Assembly: GCF_902459465.1 (NCBI RefSeq)
Contig: NC_047066.1
Span: 1,798,001-1,862,000 of the forward strand
Source of the DNA: Asterias rubens
Taxonomy: Eukaryota
Length of the DNA stretch: 64,000 bases
Direction: 5' to 3'
Positions 1 through 12,462 of this stretch are shown here, in pieces. Numbering within the stretch: position 1 is the first letter of the stretch; each line of letters opens with the position of its first letter. A program made the translations under genes and the position numbers. The notes beneath the pieces were generated by a model. The model was not told the origin of the DNA. It was given only the letters and a program-made list of their open reading frames with translations, and searched no databases.

Positions 1-281
1 TCAGCCATAGTGAGGCTGAATACAAAATTAGTATGGGACCTAAATGAATGAGAATCAGCATGTGTATTCAGTATTAAGAATACAGGGAGCCAGACAAAGG
101 TCTAGCATAATGTTGCCTAGAGCAGGCGTGATATTCATTCTACTTAATTCTGATTTCCAATTGTTTAGCCCTCAACAAAATTGTTATTAAAGAGCCTAGA
201 AAATTCTTTAAAAGCCAACCATACATGTATGTAGGTCAGCCCTTGTACTCAAAATACTTTTCACCCTTTTCCAAGGGCATA

Positions 282-451
282 GGCCCTTTTCGAAACCACG
301 GCTTCGGCTCCCGATTCGGCTCAGGCTAGCTTGGCCCCGCAGTTGTATTGACAATTATGCGTGCTTTGCGTACACGCGCTCGGGGCTTCAGACGAGAGAA
401 CGGAGCCTGAAGGCGAATCCAAAGCAGAAGCCGTGGATTCGAAAAAGGCCC
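282..451. mobile_element. PIF/Harbinger-like MITE
   Basis: GGCCCTTTTCGAAACCACGGCTTC...GAAGCCGTGGATTCGAAAAAGGCCC inverted termini with TA-rich 3-bp flanks. Confidence 0.65.
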
Positions 452-903
452 TAATATGATTCCTTCAAAAGACAGAATTGGCATGTGAAGTCAGTGTTCA
501 TGTTTAAATGCATGCCTAGTGAAAGTTGTAAATATCACCTGTTTTGTATTGCTGTGTGAAAATGAATGTTGAATGAATTAATCTGCACGAGTTTGTCTTG
601 TGCTTACACACCCTGTATAAAAGGATAATAATTTTAGTATTTAATGTTTAAGTGCACTGATGCCAATACGAACCTCACTGGTCAAAACATTAATATAAAT
701 CTTACCAGCTTGATGCAAGGTAAAAACAACTGTCCATCAAAAAGAGGCCATTGTCACATGTTATTTTGGATGGTAACTTGTTACTGGTCAGGAAATGAAA
801 TTTGATGTTGAGTGGGTGTACATCATGAAATATGCAAATCTTACTTTAAAACAGTCTAGTACATCTACCTTTATGTGTAACTATAAAAATGTTTTTTCTT
901 TAG

Positions 904-3900
904 ATACTCTCGCTGTACCCCCTCGCTCACCTAGAACCCCCCGTAGCAACATGGTACATTCCATAAAGCACCGGTAAGTTCCTTTTTTTTTTAAAGACCC
1001 GGTCACACAGGCCCCGACAACGAGAACGAAAACAAGAACTATTAAAAAGCACGCCCTCGATTGAATGAATGGGAGTGGGCGTATTCTGCGTGGAGCATTT
1101 CAACCAATAGAATGCGTTCTCTTTGCGTCGTAATCGTTATCGTTTTCGTTATCGCTGCAGTGTGACTTGACCTTAAGACATTAGTTCATGAATTTATCAG
1201 CTGTGATTGACATGATATTAATTTCAGGGATGAGAAACTTCAGACTAGTATCAGATTCTGATTTTCGCTGCTGTACTTTTCTCCAATTAAAACAAAACAT
1301 GCTCTTTGAACTACTTTTCCAGCGCAGGGGATACTGTTCCTAAAAGCACTGTTACTAAAAGCTCCTTTAACTCCAGGAGTTACCAAAGGGTGGAACTGCC
1401 ATAATTTTGACACATTTTCAATTAAGTCTGGATTCCCAATTTCAGACTTTTTTGTCAGCAATGACTCTAATTCCTGTAATTTCAAATGATTTATAAACGT
1501 AAAATAGATATTGCATTTATGTGTAAATCATTATAGGTTTTTAAGATATTGACCATACATTTTCTTTTTCTTTTTAGGTTTAGCAAAAAGAAATTCTTCC
1601 CTCCTCAAAACTGTGATTACTGCCACAAGATTATGCTGAATGGCTACAAATGTAAAGATTGCAGGTAGGTGCAGACCTTTTACTTAATATTTTTGAAGAA
1701 GAAAAAAACATTTACATTTAGCATGTTTTTAAAGATTTAATTTGGGGTTGAAAAAGAAAATTGACTATAGCCAGGGATCACACCCAAGTTTACGATATAA
1801 CCTGAGGAGTGGCAGCAGAGGGATCACCTTTCATTCAAAACATCAAGCAATGAAAACTGGGAAAGTTGTTTTATGGTTCCGGATTGAACAAAGAAAATTG
1901 ACATGCCAACTCTCTTCAAACTGATTGAAATTGTAGATCTTTTTTGGAGACACAAACTGGGACATTTGGATGCAATTATATATTCTATAAATTTCTTAAA
2001 TGATAAAAGCTGAAGAAAAACCATGCTGTCGTTTTATGTGAAAACACAAATGTCTTTATTTATACATTCGTGATTGCTTTGTTAAATATTTCTTTAAAAG
2101 TAATAACTTCAGTAATATCTTCCCGTTGCTCTGTATTTGTTTTAGATATGTCTGTCACAATAAGTGCCAACCCAACGCTGAGAAGGTACACTCCTGTGGA
2201 TTACCTCCAGGATATGAGAAGATTTTTAAAGACTCGTATGAGAATAAATATGGAGGTAATGAGCAATTTTTGAATTATTCAATATTATTATTGTTATTAT
2301 TTATTTAGCCAAGATTTCAACAAACAGTACAATATATAACATTACTGATAAAATATAATAATCTTGAAATATCACAGTCCTGCAAAAACAACTTCAATGG
2401 TCATTGGAGTTGGGGTGGATAATTATATAAAGAATAAAAGGAGGTTTCTGACCCAACCCAACTGATTGTCATTTCAACTGTATTTTTCCCTGTACAGGAA
2501 GTGGAACCCAGTCGCCTCTACTCAGCAGAAGGACAGGTGTGTAGAATGATAACAAAAATAAACAACTTTCAAATTAATGATGCTTTTATCAATTAGGGGC
2601 ATTGTAAAATGATGTCTTGTCGAATACTTTGTGAATGCAAAAGAGGCATCCCTAGTTATTGCCTAGGTGCCCCTTAAAATGTTCCAGTAGGGAGGAATTT
2701 AAAATTAGACGGGCAGTAACTCAAGATTGAATCTCATTTTTTTTTAAGGTTTTCCGGGTTACCTGGGTTTCAACCTTCAGTTGTCTCAAGTTACCGCTTG
2801 TTTAATTCTGCAGTTCTCCTTACCGCGGAGAAAACGCCTTGGTGCCCTTACCCTTTTCAGAATCATGAATAAAAAAAAAAAAATCCAGCATCAGGCCTGC
2901 TTTCCCACCAACAATGATTATATTTTGTTGTGTTTTCTGTTTGATAGCACACTCTGAAGCAAGTTTGACGTTACCCGGTCAGGACCACCGTTACCCCCCG
3001 TCAATGCCAGCGTTCTCACTCGGGGAATCCAGCTCCAACCCATCCTCAACAAACTCATCTACTTCATCTAGCCCGGTGCCGTTCACTGCCTCCTCCTCAA
3101 GTACAACTCCGCCCACTCCGGCACACCCTTCTCCATCACCGCACATGGAGTGCAAGCCCCAGTTTCAATTCCCAGGTTAGTTGTCCGCTATCTCGGTGTT
3201 CAAAAAAGTTCAGGAACTTCAAGTTCTTGTCTAATATTCAATCTTAATTGTTGTGTAAAGAATTAAAGCCATTGGCAGTTTCGGAACAGAAAAAAAAAGG
3301 GTCACAGATAGCCAAATAACTTACAGGGTTTACAGAAGGTAATGGTGAAAGACTTCTCTTGAAATATTATTCCATGAAATCTTTACTTTTCGAGAAAACA
3401 TTAAAACAATTATCAATTCTCGATATCCAGAATAACAGATTTGTTTAAAACACATGTCATGACACAGCGAAACGTGCGGAAACAAGGGTGGGTTTTTCTG
3501 TTATTTTCTCCCGACTCCGATGACCGATTGAGCCTAAATTTTCACAGGTTTGTTATTATATATAAGTTGTGATACACGAAGTGTGGGCCTTTGGACAATC
3601 CTGTTCACCAAAAGTTTCCAATGGCTTTATAAATGAACACTGCATGTTGTTATTGGTTTCTTTACGTTTTTTGTTTTTTACAAACTTTTTAAAATAAGAG
3701 ACATTAGACATTTCATTTTCATTCAGTAATCATCGGAAGGTTAGCATGCCTTTTCATGTGCCTACAGTTAGCAGTGCTATGAGATAAAAACTCACACAGT
3801 AAGCACAAAATCGGCCGTTAAGCAGCTCTATGAAATTTGGCCCTGGTAAAATGAAGCATGAATGTAAAAGTACCATACATCAAAAAAAAAAACCCAGATG

Positions 3901-6900
3901 TTTATAATGATTTGTTTATATTTGTACAGATGTAGCACCAAATGGCCTTCTGAACCCACACTTTGATACATACAGGTGAGACTAGTTAATGATAATATTG
4001 TTATAATAATAATATAAATAATAATATCAACTCTTATTCCCAAAGAACCAGCATTGCATCTCCAACATTATTACCCCCTGGTCACTGGGTCAATTGTTTC
4101 ATTCCTGAAACCATCTCTATCTCGGTATGCAGTGCACCAAACTAAACCAATCACAAGAACCATCTCTGCCCTTACAGGTTCCCCTTTACCCCCGGGTGAT
4201 GCACAAGGACACGAGTGTCACGACCAGGATTCAAACCCACACACTGATGACTCAGAATATTTTTTAATACTATTCTTGAAATAAAAAAAAACATATGTGG
4301 TGTTAACTTGTTTTAAGACACTCCCTGAAGGTGTTTTTCTCCAAAAATGAGTTGAACGTTAAATGCCAAGAATAACTGAAATTTTTTTTACAATTTCATC
4401 AAATGAATAGATGATTTTTAGTAGTAAGTAATTTTAACCATTGACTGTTTATCATTGCAGGGATTCTATCCATGCCTCTATCAACAGTGACAGGACAATC
4501 ACAGTGGATTCTCATAACTCAAATGATTCCCATGATGTAAGCCAACATTTTAGCTTTATAAAATGTCTTTATCTTTTCATTTTATTCCCTTGTATCCCTT
4601 TTTTCTTAATCTTTATTTTGTGATAAGTAAGAATAGTTACAATTATAGTGGATTTTCATTACTCAAATGATATACACGATAAACACTTGCTTTCCCAATT
4701 TTGTCCACACAAAAAAAGTACGTAGTTAAATTACCTTTTTTTCTAAGTCATTGAGAAACTCTGAAAGGAATGTAATTTATAAAATCACATGTGACTAATG
4801 ATCTTTGGGGTTCTTTTCCCCCTGTATTTTTCTAGCCTTTTACAGACTCAGAGAGAACTTTACCCGAAAAGGTAGAATACATTGACGATGTGGATATGAC
4901 AGACCAAGTCTTACATCGGAAAAACAGTGTAAGTTAAATTTTCATGTATCTTGGGTCTATTTTAAGGGAAGGAATACGTTTGTGAATCACTCTTAAAATG
5001 AATGACAACAAAAACCATTGGTTTAGAAGCCTACAGCAGCTTCCGATGGTATAAAGCATTTTGAGAAACATTTTGCTTCAAAGTAATGTGGTTATGTTAA
5101 AAGATATCAGTTTTTTATGCCCCAAGGGTGGTTCGATTCCCGGCTGGGCCATATGTGAGTTGAGTTGTGCGTTGGTTCTCTGCTGTGCCACGAGGTTTTT
5201 TCCATACCATCCAGTTTTCCTCCCTCGGGAAAAAAAAATCAAACACTTTCGATCTTTGGCTGTGCTCCATGGTCATAATGAGTTGATGTGGCTGGCAGCC
5301 AAAGGCCCCCTTGCATGCCAGCTTCTCGAACACGTTGTAGCCGCGTCCTTCGCAATTCAGCTCTTAGCTGTGAGTAAGGATGATTAGCCCCCCCCCCCAA
5401 GTTATTATAATTATTAAAACTTGAATCAGAGTGTATATTCCTATCAGGGATTATCATCCTGCTTTGACATATTCGCTCTGGATTTTTAGTGATGTCTCAA
5501 AAACCCGACCACCTTTTATAAATGAAGTTTTTCGCATGTTAGTTATATTGTATACATCTACATTTATATTGGATTAAAATAATTGAACCGATCAACAAAC
5601 CAAAGTAACTTTGCCTCTAAAAGTGTGCTTAGGGGTTCATACCTACTTTTACAAGAGTTTCTAAGGTCTTAAGATGTGAATTGAGATTAATTTGTTGTCT
5701 GATTTTATTCCATTATAGGCAAAGTCAAACGTGTTATCAGAATGGGAAATTCCCCCAGACCAGCTTGTCATCCAAGATCTTGTAGGCACAGGACGATTCG
5801 GACCTGTTTATAAGTAAGTTCAGTCAATAATATTGCTTCAGTTGGACAAACTTAGGAAGTGTCAAGGCCGAGCGGTTAAGAGCACCAAATTCAAACTGTT
5901 GTTTCTGATCAGCAGAGTGTAGTTTCAGGTCCCGGTGGTGACACTTGTAATCAAGACACTTAACCATGATTGCTTCGTATAGTTGGGGAGGAGGTGCTTT
6001 CTGCTCTACCAGCCAGGCTTCTGATGGATGGTACCCAAATTGTGAAATTTGTTCTATATCTTCAACTCTCAGTCATTACTCAATTATACAGCTGATTATT
6101 TGGGGCCCTAATATAATATAAAAATACATCAAAAGATAAAGTACAAAAAGTGACAAGCAGAAGGCCCGTAAAAAGGGAAATTAATTACTAAAAATGAACA
6201 CAAGGCCTTGCATACACAAAAGGAAATGGAGACTGAATGAATTTAATTATTGTGTTTCTGTTTGGATTCAGGGGCAAATGGCACGGAGAAGTTGCAGTCA
6301 AGATGCTTAATATAGATATGAACGATGATGAACAACTACAAGCCTTCAAAACAGAGGTCAGTTCAGAAATAAGTCAATGCTAATATATTCAGTGAATAAA
6401 GATATGAACTACATGTATGTCAATGCAAATTTGGTTGTGGCCATAGGGTGATAACAAATGTAGCTAAATGCAATGTTTTCTATCCTTATTTTAGAATTAA
6501 AAGTTTCATAAATTACAAACGGCAATGGTTTGAAAAGTATCCCCTTAGTAATTGTTGTTTCCAGCTTGCTTTTTTGATTCTACGAATGTCCTGAATAAGA
6601 TTCTAGAAGATTTGGAACCATCAACGATAGCAGAGGTTTCTAACAAACTGAAAACATGTGTTTCCTCTCTCCAGGTGTCGCAGTTCAAGAAAACCAGGCA
6701 TGACTACGTTGTACTGTTCATGGGAACGTACCTGAAGCCACCAAACTTAGCAATTGTTACAAGGTAAAAATTTGTAGGATTTATAATAATGCATGGTTGA
6801 GTAATGTTTAAAGTAACAACATGTACATAAATAGGATTTGAAACTTTGCATGGTGTGAATACAATCTAGTAAGATCTGCGTTAACACCATGTACTTGAGT

Positions 6901-9900
6901 AGGCTTTCGTAGATAACAACCACTTCTTCAGATGCAATAATAATAATATAATAATAAAGACTTGTAATGCACACATATCCACACTGCTAGGTGTTACAGG
7001 CGCAGAAGGCAACAAGCCAAGTACATGCTACATACAAAAATTAGATACTTCAAATGCTAAATGAAATAGTAAAAATGGGGTTTTTATAGAATTGGAAGAT
7101 ACCTCTGTGAAATTTCTTAAATGCATAGGAAACAGAAATAAATTGTCAAGACCTTAGAGGGAATGTGTACATTTCTAACAACTGTTGTTTACTTTCATTG
7201 CAGTTTATGCACAGGGAATACACTCTACACGAGTATACATCAAAGAAACATTCGTTTTGGAATGAACAGGACAGTTGCCATAGCAACACAAATTGCTCAG
7301 GTAAGAAATACATTGGCTGAGAGTCGCGCAATGCTCATACTGAGATAATTGTTTGACCTCGGGTATGGCTGCCGCATGTCAACCAAACTCAAAAATATAA
7401 CATTTTTAGAAAAGCAGGCACAGAGACAAGCTATTTTTCCATAAAAACAGGATGAAAGTGTAAAAAGAGCCTGAGATCGAACATGTTATATTCACCTCCA
7501 TGACAAATATGTCTTTGAAACTTTGAAATGGAAAACATTTCCTCAATTTACCCAGATTTTTCTGTTGTTTTATAATCACTTTAATACTGACATTCCATTA
7601 AGAAGGTTGTATTTTTTTTTTTTCCAACAGGGTATGGGTTACCTTCATGCTAAGGGCATTATACACAAGGATCTCAAGTCTAAGAATATCTTTCTTGAGA
7701 GGGGCAAAGTGGTCATCACTGACTTTGCTCTCTTTAGCATTATGAGACTCTCCAGAGAAAACAGGTAAGTACAAAGCAGGAATTCCAATATTTGTAACAT
7801 TTTATTTTTACAAAGTTTTCTCGCCACTAAGCATTCTAAAAGAACAAATACTGTTTCAATTCAATATAACAATTGATTGTGCAAGTCTCGTGCTCACCGG
7901 AGCGAGAAAACACCACAAACGAAGAACTTATTTTTTATGAAATCAAATCTTTGCTTTAAATTATTCTTTATGCCTAAGCTTAGGCGATATCTCGATATAA
8001 CCGAAAATCGCGATACCATTTCTTTAACGATTACCGTATCGTCTTGATTTTTTGTTAATCAAATTATCGGCAAATCTTGGTTTTGATGAAGTATTATGAT
8101 GTCTTCCCTAATTGAGATGTCTTGCAACCACAACGGGCTGTTCCCGCAAGATTCCCCAATTGAAAAAAAATAACATCAAAGACTTTAGTGCCAAGGTGGT
8201 CTCCCACAGACACATCAGAAGTAACACAATGTAGCAATTACCTCCCCTGTGTGGAAGCCTTGTGCGCCGCCGAACTGCAGACCACAATGGGATCATATTA
8301 CACAAACCACAACCCATCCACAACCCGTTTTGTGAATGAGAAGTCACCCCGTGTGCATTATGGATGCTTATTGGTTAGCTAGAATGAAATGGGCAGGGTA
8401 TACACACATGTAAGAACAGTCATGCGCAGTAGACACTTTAAAAGACACTTTATTAGTGTGTAACTCATAGAGCTATAACACCACGGGTAGACAGTACACC
8501 TCAGTCTACTGGTCAGACAGGGGCATTGTCAGGGTATTCTTTTGTTACTCTGCGGTTTTGCGGGTCATTCGAAATCCTTGGTGCCCGTTAGCCCTTTAAA
8601 TGCTATAGTAGAAATTTACTATTTTGTAACACAATTTTGCAATCTTTTTTAGTAGTGTTGGTTATAAAAAGAACCAACATGTAGAAAGAATATGAAAGAA
8701 CCATTTACAAAGTTGTGAACTATCTTTAATTTGTTCTCCTGTTGTCCATTTTGATCAGGCGACCTAATGTAATGATCATCCCAGATGGTTGGTTATGCTA
8801 CCTCGGTCCTGAGCTGATTCGATCCCTACGTGTTGACGCTAATGGTAGTTCAGATAGAGAGTTGCCATTCTCAACTATGTCCGATGTCTACGCGTTTGGG
8901 TGAGTACTCCAAACTTCCAACCTTGTTCCCACCATAGGTCTGTAGCCAGCCTCTGTGTTTTCTACAAATTTGTTCATGTGAACCATGATATGGTAAATGT
9001 GCCACCAGTGTGTCTGACCTAGTTCCTCCAAATAGAATTTTTGAGACCAGACTTTCTGCTTCTTCTCATCCATACACTCTTGATTTGCTGACATGTAGAA
9101 CAAGGAGCCATTCCAACAGCTTTATTCCTCATACTTGCTTCTTAACTCCTTGTCTGGTGCATGGTTCCCTCCAACCTACAATCTAGACTGTTTGAGAAGC
9201 GGTATCAATTCCTAATGTACCTTCAGCTCCCTTGAGTAATTTTTAACTTAATAATTTGTCTTTATGTAGCCCCTGAACTTGCGTAAACAAAAACAAAAAC
9301 AATAAAAATATCAAAAAAACCACCACTGTAGGAGATACATGTACTCTATAGAGACTTCATAGAGGAAACAAATGCAATTGCATACATGCCCCTGGTCATT
9401 GCCTCAGTGCCCTTTAAATGCTATAGTAGAAATTTACAATTTTGTCATAATTCTCATTTCTTCTTTCTACCCTGTACAGCACAATATGGTATGAGCTACT
9501 GGCTGGTGACTTACCATTTCACAAACAGGCAGCAGAGTCCATTATCTGGCGGGTAGGGAAGGGTATTAAGCAACCCCTCAGCAGTCTGCAGGCTTCTAGA
9601 GATGTCAAGGTATGGTTGATAGTTGGCTAGTCTAATATGAATGATAGAATTGGGGTTTCAAAGAGTTTGTAAAAAGTAAATTTTGTCAAAAGTAAAGTTG
9701 ACAAAGCTGGTCACTTTTTGACTGTAAGGCTGATTCCGAATTACCGACTACAACCCACACTCTGCTGATCAGAAACACCAGAGCTTGTGTCCGCTGCTCC
9801 TAAATGCTCCGGCCATGACACACCAGCTGTGGTTAGGATTGGTTACTAGATTGTAGGGGTTTTGTATGGTTTGACTCTTAAAGAATCTGGGTACTTTTTG

Positions 9901-10341
9901 TATGACACGAACGTCTACAGATTTAAATTAAACTAACACGATTTAAAGATAATGATTGTGGGAAGCTTCCCTTAAAATATTACTTGCTGTTGTGCTGTAG
10001 TTTTTGAGAAGTTAGTAAGACAATTGCACAAAAATAATTTTCATAATCTACCCATACGGTAGATTTCAGTACTGGTAGATTTACACATGGTTCTAGCGCA
10101 AACCAAATATACATTGATACCTCACACTACAATGCCTCAAATCCCATATAATGTTTTGTTTCTATTTGGGGTTTTTTTACAGGATATTTTAATGGTGTGC
10201 TGGAACTACAACCCAGAGAAACGACAGGAATTTACGGACATTATAAAAGTCCTGAACAGACTGCCCAAGAAAAGAGGCGGTCTTCACAGAAGCCCCTCCC
10301 ACCCACTCCACTTATCTCGCTCAGCGGAGTCCGTGTTATAG
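904..10341 (+). CDS. KSR: Kinase suppressor of Ras (KSR1/2-like), 3' portion; 5' exons lie upstream of the window
   Basis: Phase-consistent exons: 904-973, 1578-1664, 2146-2255, 2498-2536, 2948-3175, [3727-3739 predicted microexon], 4461-4536, 4836-4928, 5719-5813, 6272-6356, 6675-6763, 7204-7300, 7631-7764, 8759-8899, 9480-9609, 10183-10341(TAG). Translation gives a C1 domain (HRF...[17 protein letters not shown]), the KSR S/T-rich motif [16 protein letters not shown]...QFQFP, and a RAF-family kinase domain: [41 protein letters not shown] (HKD is a KSR hallmark), [16 protein letters not shown]-terminal LHRSPSHP. Confidence 0.95.
995..1173. mobile_element. PIF/Harbinger-like MITE, TAA TSD
   Basis: TAA|AGACCCGGTCACAC...GTGTGACTTGACCT|TAA; subterminal AACGAGAACGAAAAC / CGTTTTCGTTATCG. 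Confidence 0.65.
3263..3630. mobile_element. TTAA MITE, second family (TIR AGCCATTGG)
   Basis: TTAAAGCCATTGG...CCAATGGCTTTA. Homologous copies at 57050-57425 (inverted, complete) and ~31185-31521 (partial). Confidence 0.82.
5126..5392 (+). mobile_element. SINE with B-box and Meta-like central domain
   Basis: GGTTCGATTCCC then TGTGAGTTGAGTT..TTGGTTCTC....GAGGTTTTT...CCAGTTTTCCTCCCTC...AAAATCAAACAC. The superfamily name is recalled, not searched. Confidence 0.55.
5861..6040 (+). mobile_element. tRNA-derived SINE; minus-strand head fragments also at ~4205-4255, 9765-9825, 33560-33625, 51110-51195, 61225-61300
   Basis: GGCCGAGCGGTTAAGAGCACC (A box)...CAGCAGAGTGT..GGT..GGTGACACTTGT..CAAGACACTTAACCA; the fragments carry GGATTCGAACCC (reverse B box). 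Confidence 0.65.
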
Positions 10342-10716
10342 CGCCCTTTATAGCCCCTGGTGGAGGAATCTCCTTCAGCGACTTGGAACTCTTATCTGCC
10401 TGGGAGCAGTCGTTTCTGGTGCAATTCTCGGAGTCCCGTTCACTTCTGCGGCCATCTTGGGTTTGTTCTTGGAAGATGTAGCATGTTAAATAATTAAGTG
10501 AATTTCTTCATGGATAGGACATCCAATAAAATTTCAGCCCTGATTTCGGAAACCTTTGTTTCCGGTCTTCAGTTTGTGGTTGCTTGATTCCTTGCCCTGA
10601 ACTGCGATTTTCAGAAAATTACTATCTTGCAAAAAAAAAGTTAGTGGCCTTACGTTTCAATAGTAGGCTTTCTCAAAGGCTGAATGACAACACAGCAAAC
10701 ATGAACAGGATTACTG

Positions 10717-10848
10717 GGATCGATTTTACAAAGAGTTAAGACTAGTCTTATCTCAAGTTAGGACGAGTTACTCGACCTAACTTAGGACTAGCCTTAAGGT
10801 CTTAATAACTCCTAAAGAATTCTAGGACTATCTTTGTGAAATCGACCA
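10717..10848. mobile_element. Palindromic MITE (GG.TCGATTTCACAAAG type), CTG flanks; relatives at 26971-27153, 55281-55523, 56778-56912
   Basis: Inverted termini GATCGATTTTACAAAG / CTTTGTGAAATCGACC; CTG on both sides (3-bp TSD, Harbinger-like). Confidence 0.65.
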
Positions 10849-12074
10849 CTGGTGTAACAAAAGCAGTTAAGTGGAAAAGGTGGATAGAGATGAAAGCACA
10901 CAGAGAAAGCAGGGGATGAACAAAGAGGAGGGCAACCAAAAAGGGGCGTTTTCAACCATAGGAGGTAGGGAACACATACAAAATACGATCTCAAGATGAT
11001 TTATGAAAACCCTTCAAGCAGATAGTGAAATACTGGGAACAACTTTCAACCATGTGTACAAATTCTAAAAGTTTCGAAGTGGGAACTTCTCGGTCTATAA
11101 TCACAACTGTGTTTCAACATTAAATTTATCCATTTACTCTCTTTTTTGTCATACATAATGTTTATTCATTAATCGTCACAATACCCCCAAATATCTCAGT
11201 GGCATGCTTTGTAAAATAACTTTAAACTGCGGCTGGCTCTGCTATTTTTTACAAGGATTTGTTTGTTTCCCTCCCGATTTTTAAAGTGGAGGTACATAAA
11301 ATAAAAATTCCATCTGTGCATTTTAAGTTAAGCTGATGTGCTCATACCAAAATTGTTGCATCATTTGTTGTTGGTTGAAAGCTGACAAAAAATCATCATT
11401 TTGATGTTTGTGGTGCAAATTTCTTTCATAATACAATTATGGGTTATTGGAAAGGAAATGTTCTGACAAACCTTAAAATGAACTTTGTGAAAGGGAAAAT
11501 ATACTTGTGAAATGGAAAATATACTGTAAATTACTTTTACTCTTAAGCAATTTTAATATATTGGTATGAAAATATTGCTGATAGTTTTTTATATTTAACT
11601 TTTAACTATTTCAAGATTTGGATGGACTTTTTTCTTTTGTTATGGGAGATGTCCCTTTAGGAGGGAAGAAAGCCCAAGTTCATGAAGATGAAATTCAATG
11701 TGTTTTTTTTTAATACAGGTTATTTATTTTGAAAAATATGCAAATTTAAAAGGCTGAGGATGCACAATCATGTTTAAGTTATTGTCTTTTGTTGATTTCA
11801 TTATTCCAGAGAAATGTTGTCTTTGTTTTCAATTCTAGTTATCATTACATTTTCTCCCAAAGAGCCATTTGCATAGTATATGTTTTACTTCATAGCTTTA
11901 CAAGTCACAGGCTTTTGCTGTTTTGCAGTAATTTAAACCCTTGTTTGATTGGACCATACGGTAATTCTTTTTACATTTCATCAAATTATGGATTTCAAGA
12001 ATCTATAACACATTTCAAGATCAGTTTTTTATTCAAACTTCAGATTAAGGTAATATTCCGGTGATTGTCACAAG

Positions 12075-12462
12075 TTAAAGACACTGGACACTATTGGTAA
12101 TTGTCAAAGACTAGTCTTCACAGTTGGTGTATCTCAACATGCATAAAATAACAAAGCTGTGAAAATTTGAGCTCAATCGGTCGTTGAAGTTGCGAGATAT
12201 TAATGAAAAAATAAACACCCTTGTCGCACCATGGTCACACGAAGTTGTGTGCTTTCAAATGCTTGATTTCGAAACCTCAAATTCTAAATCTGAGGTCTCG
12301 AAATCAAATTCTTGGAAAATTGCTTCTTGAAAACTACGTTACTTCAGAGGGAGCCGTTTCTCACAATGTTTTATACTATCAACCTCTCCCCATTACTCGT
12401 AATCAAGAAAGGTTTTACAATAACTATTTTGAGTAATTACCAATAGTGTCCACTGCCTTTAC
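12075..12462. mobile_element. Kolobok-type MITE, same family
   Basis: TIR AG(A/G)CA(C/G)TGGACACTATTGGTAATT at both ends; central hairpin. Confidence 0.85.

Noticed and set aside
3708-3739. Longer KSR exon starting at 3708 (FP|[11 protein letters not shown], resembling vertebrate FPDIS)
   Set aside because: It ends in phase 0 and puts the next exon (4461) into a frame with an early TGA; only the 13-nt version keeps the frame.
5861-5940. tRNA genes at the GGTTCGAATCC-type motifs (also ~13460-13545, 20340-20425, 33560-33625, 51110-51195, 61225-61300)
   Set aside because: A/B boxes are present, but there is no complete cloverleaf or acceptor stem and the motifs run into SINE bodies; these are SINE heads.
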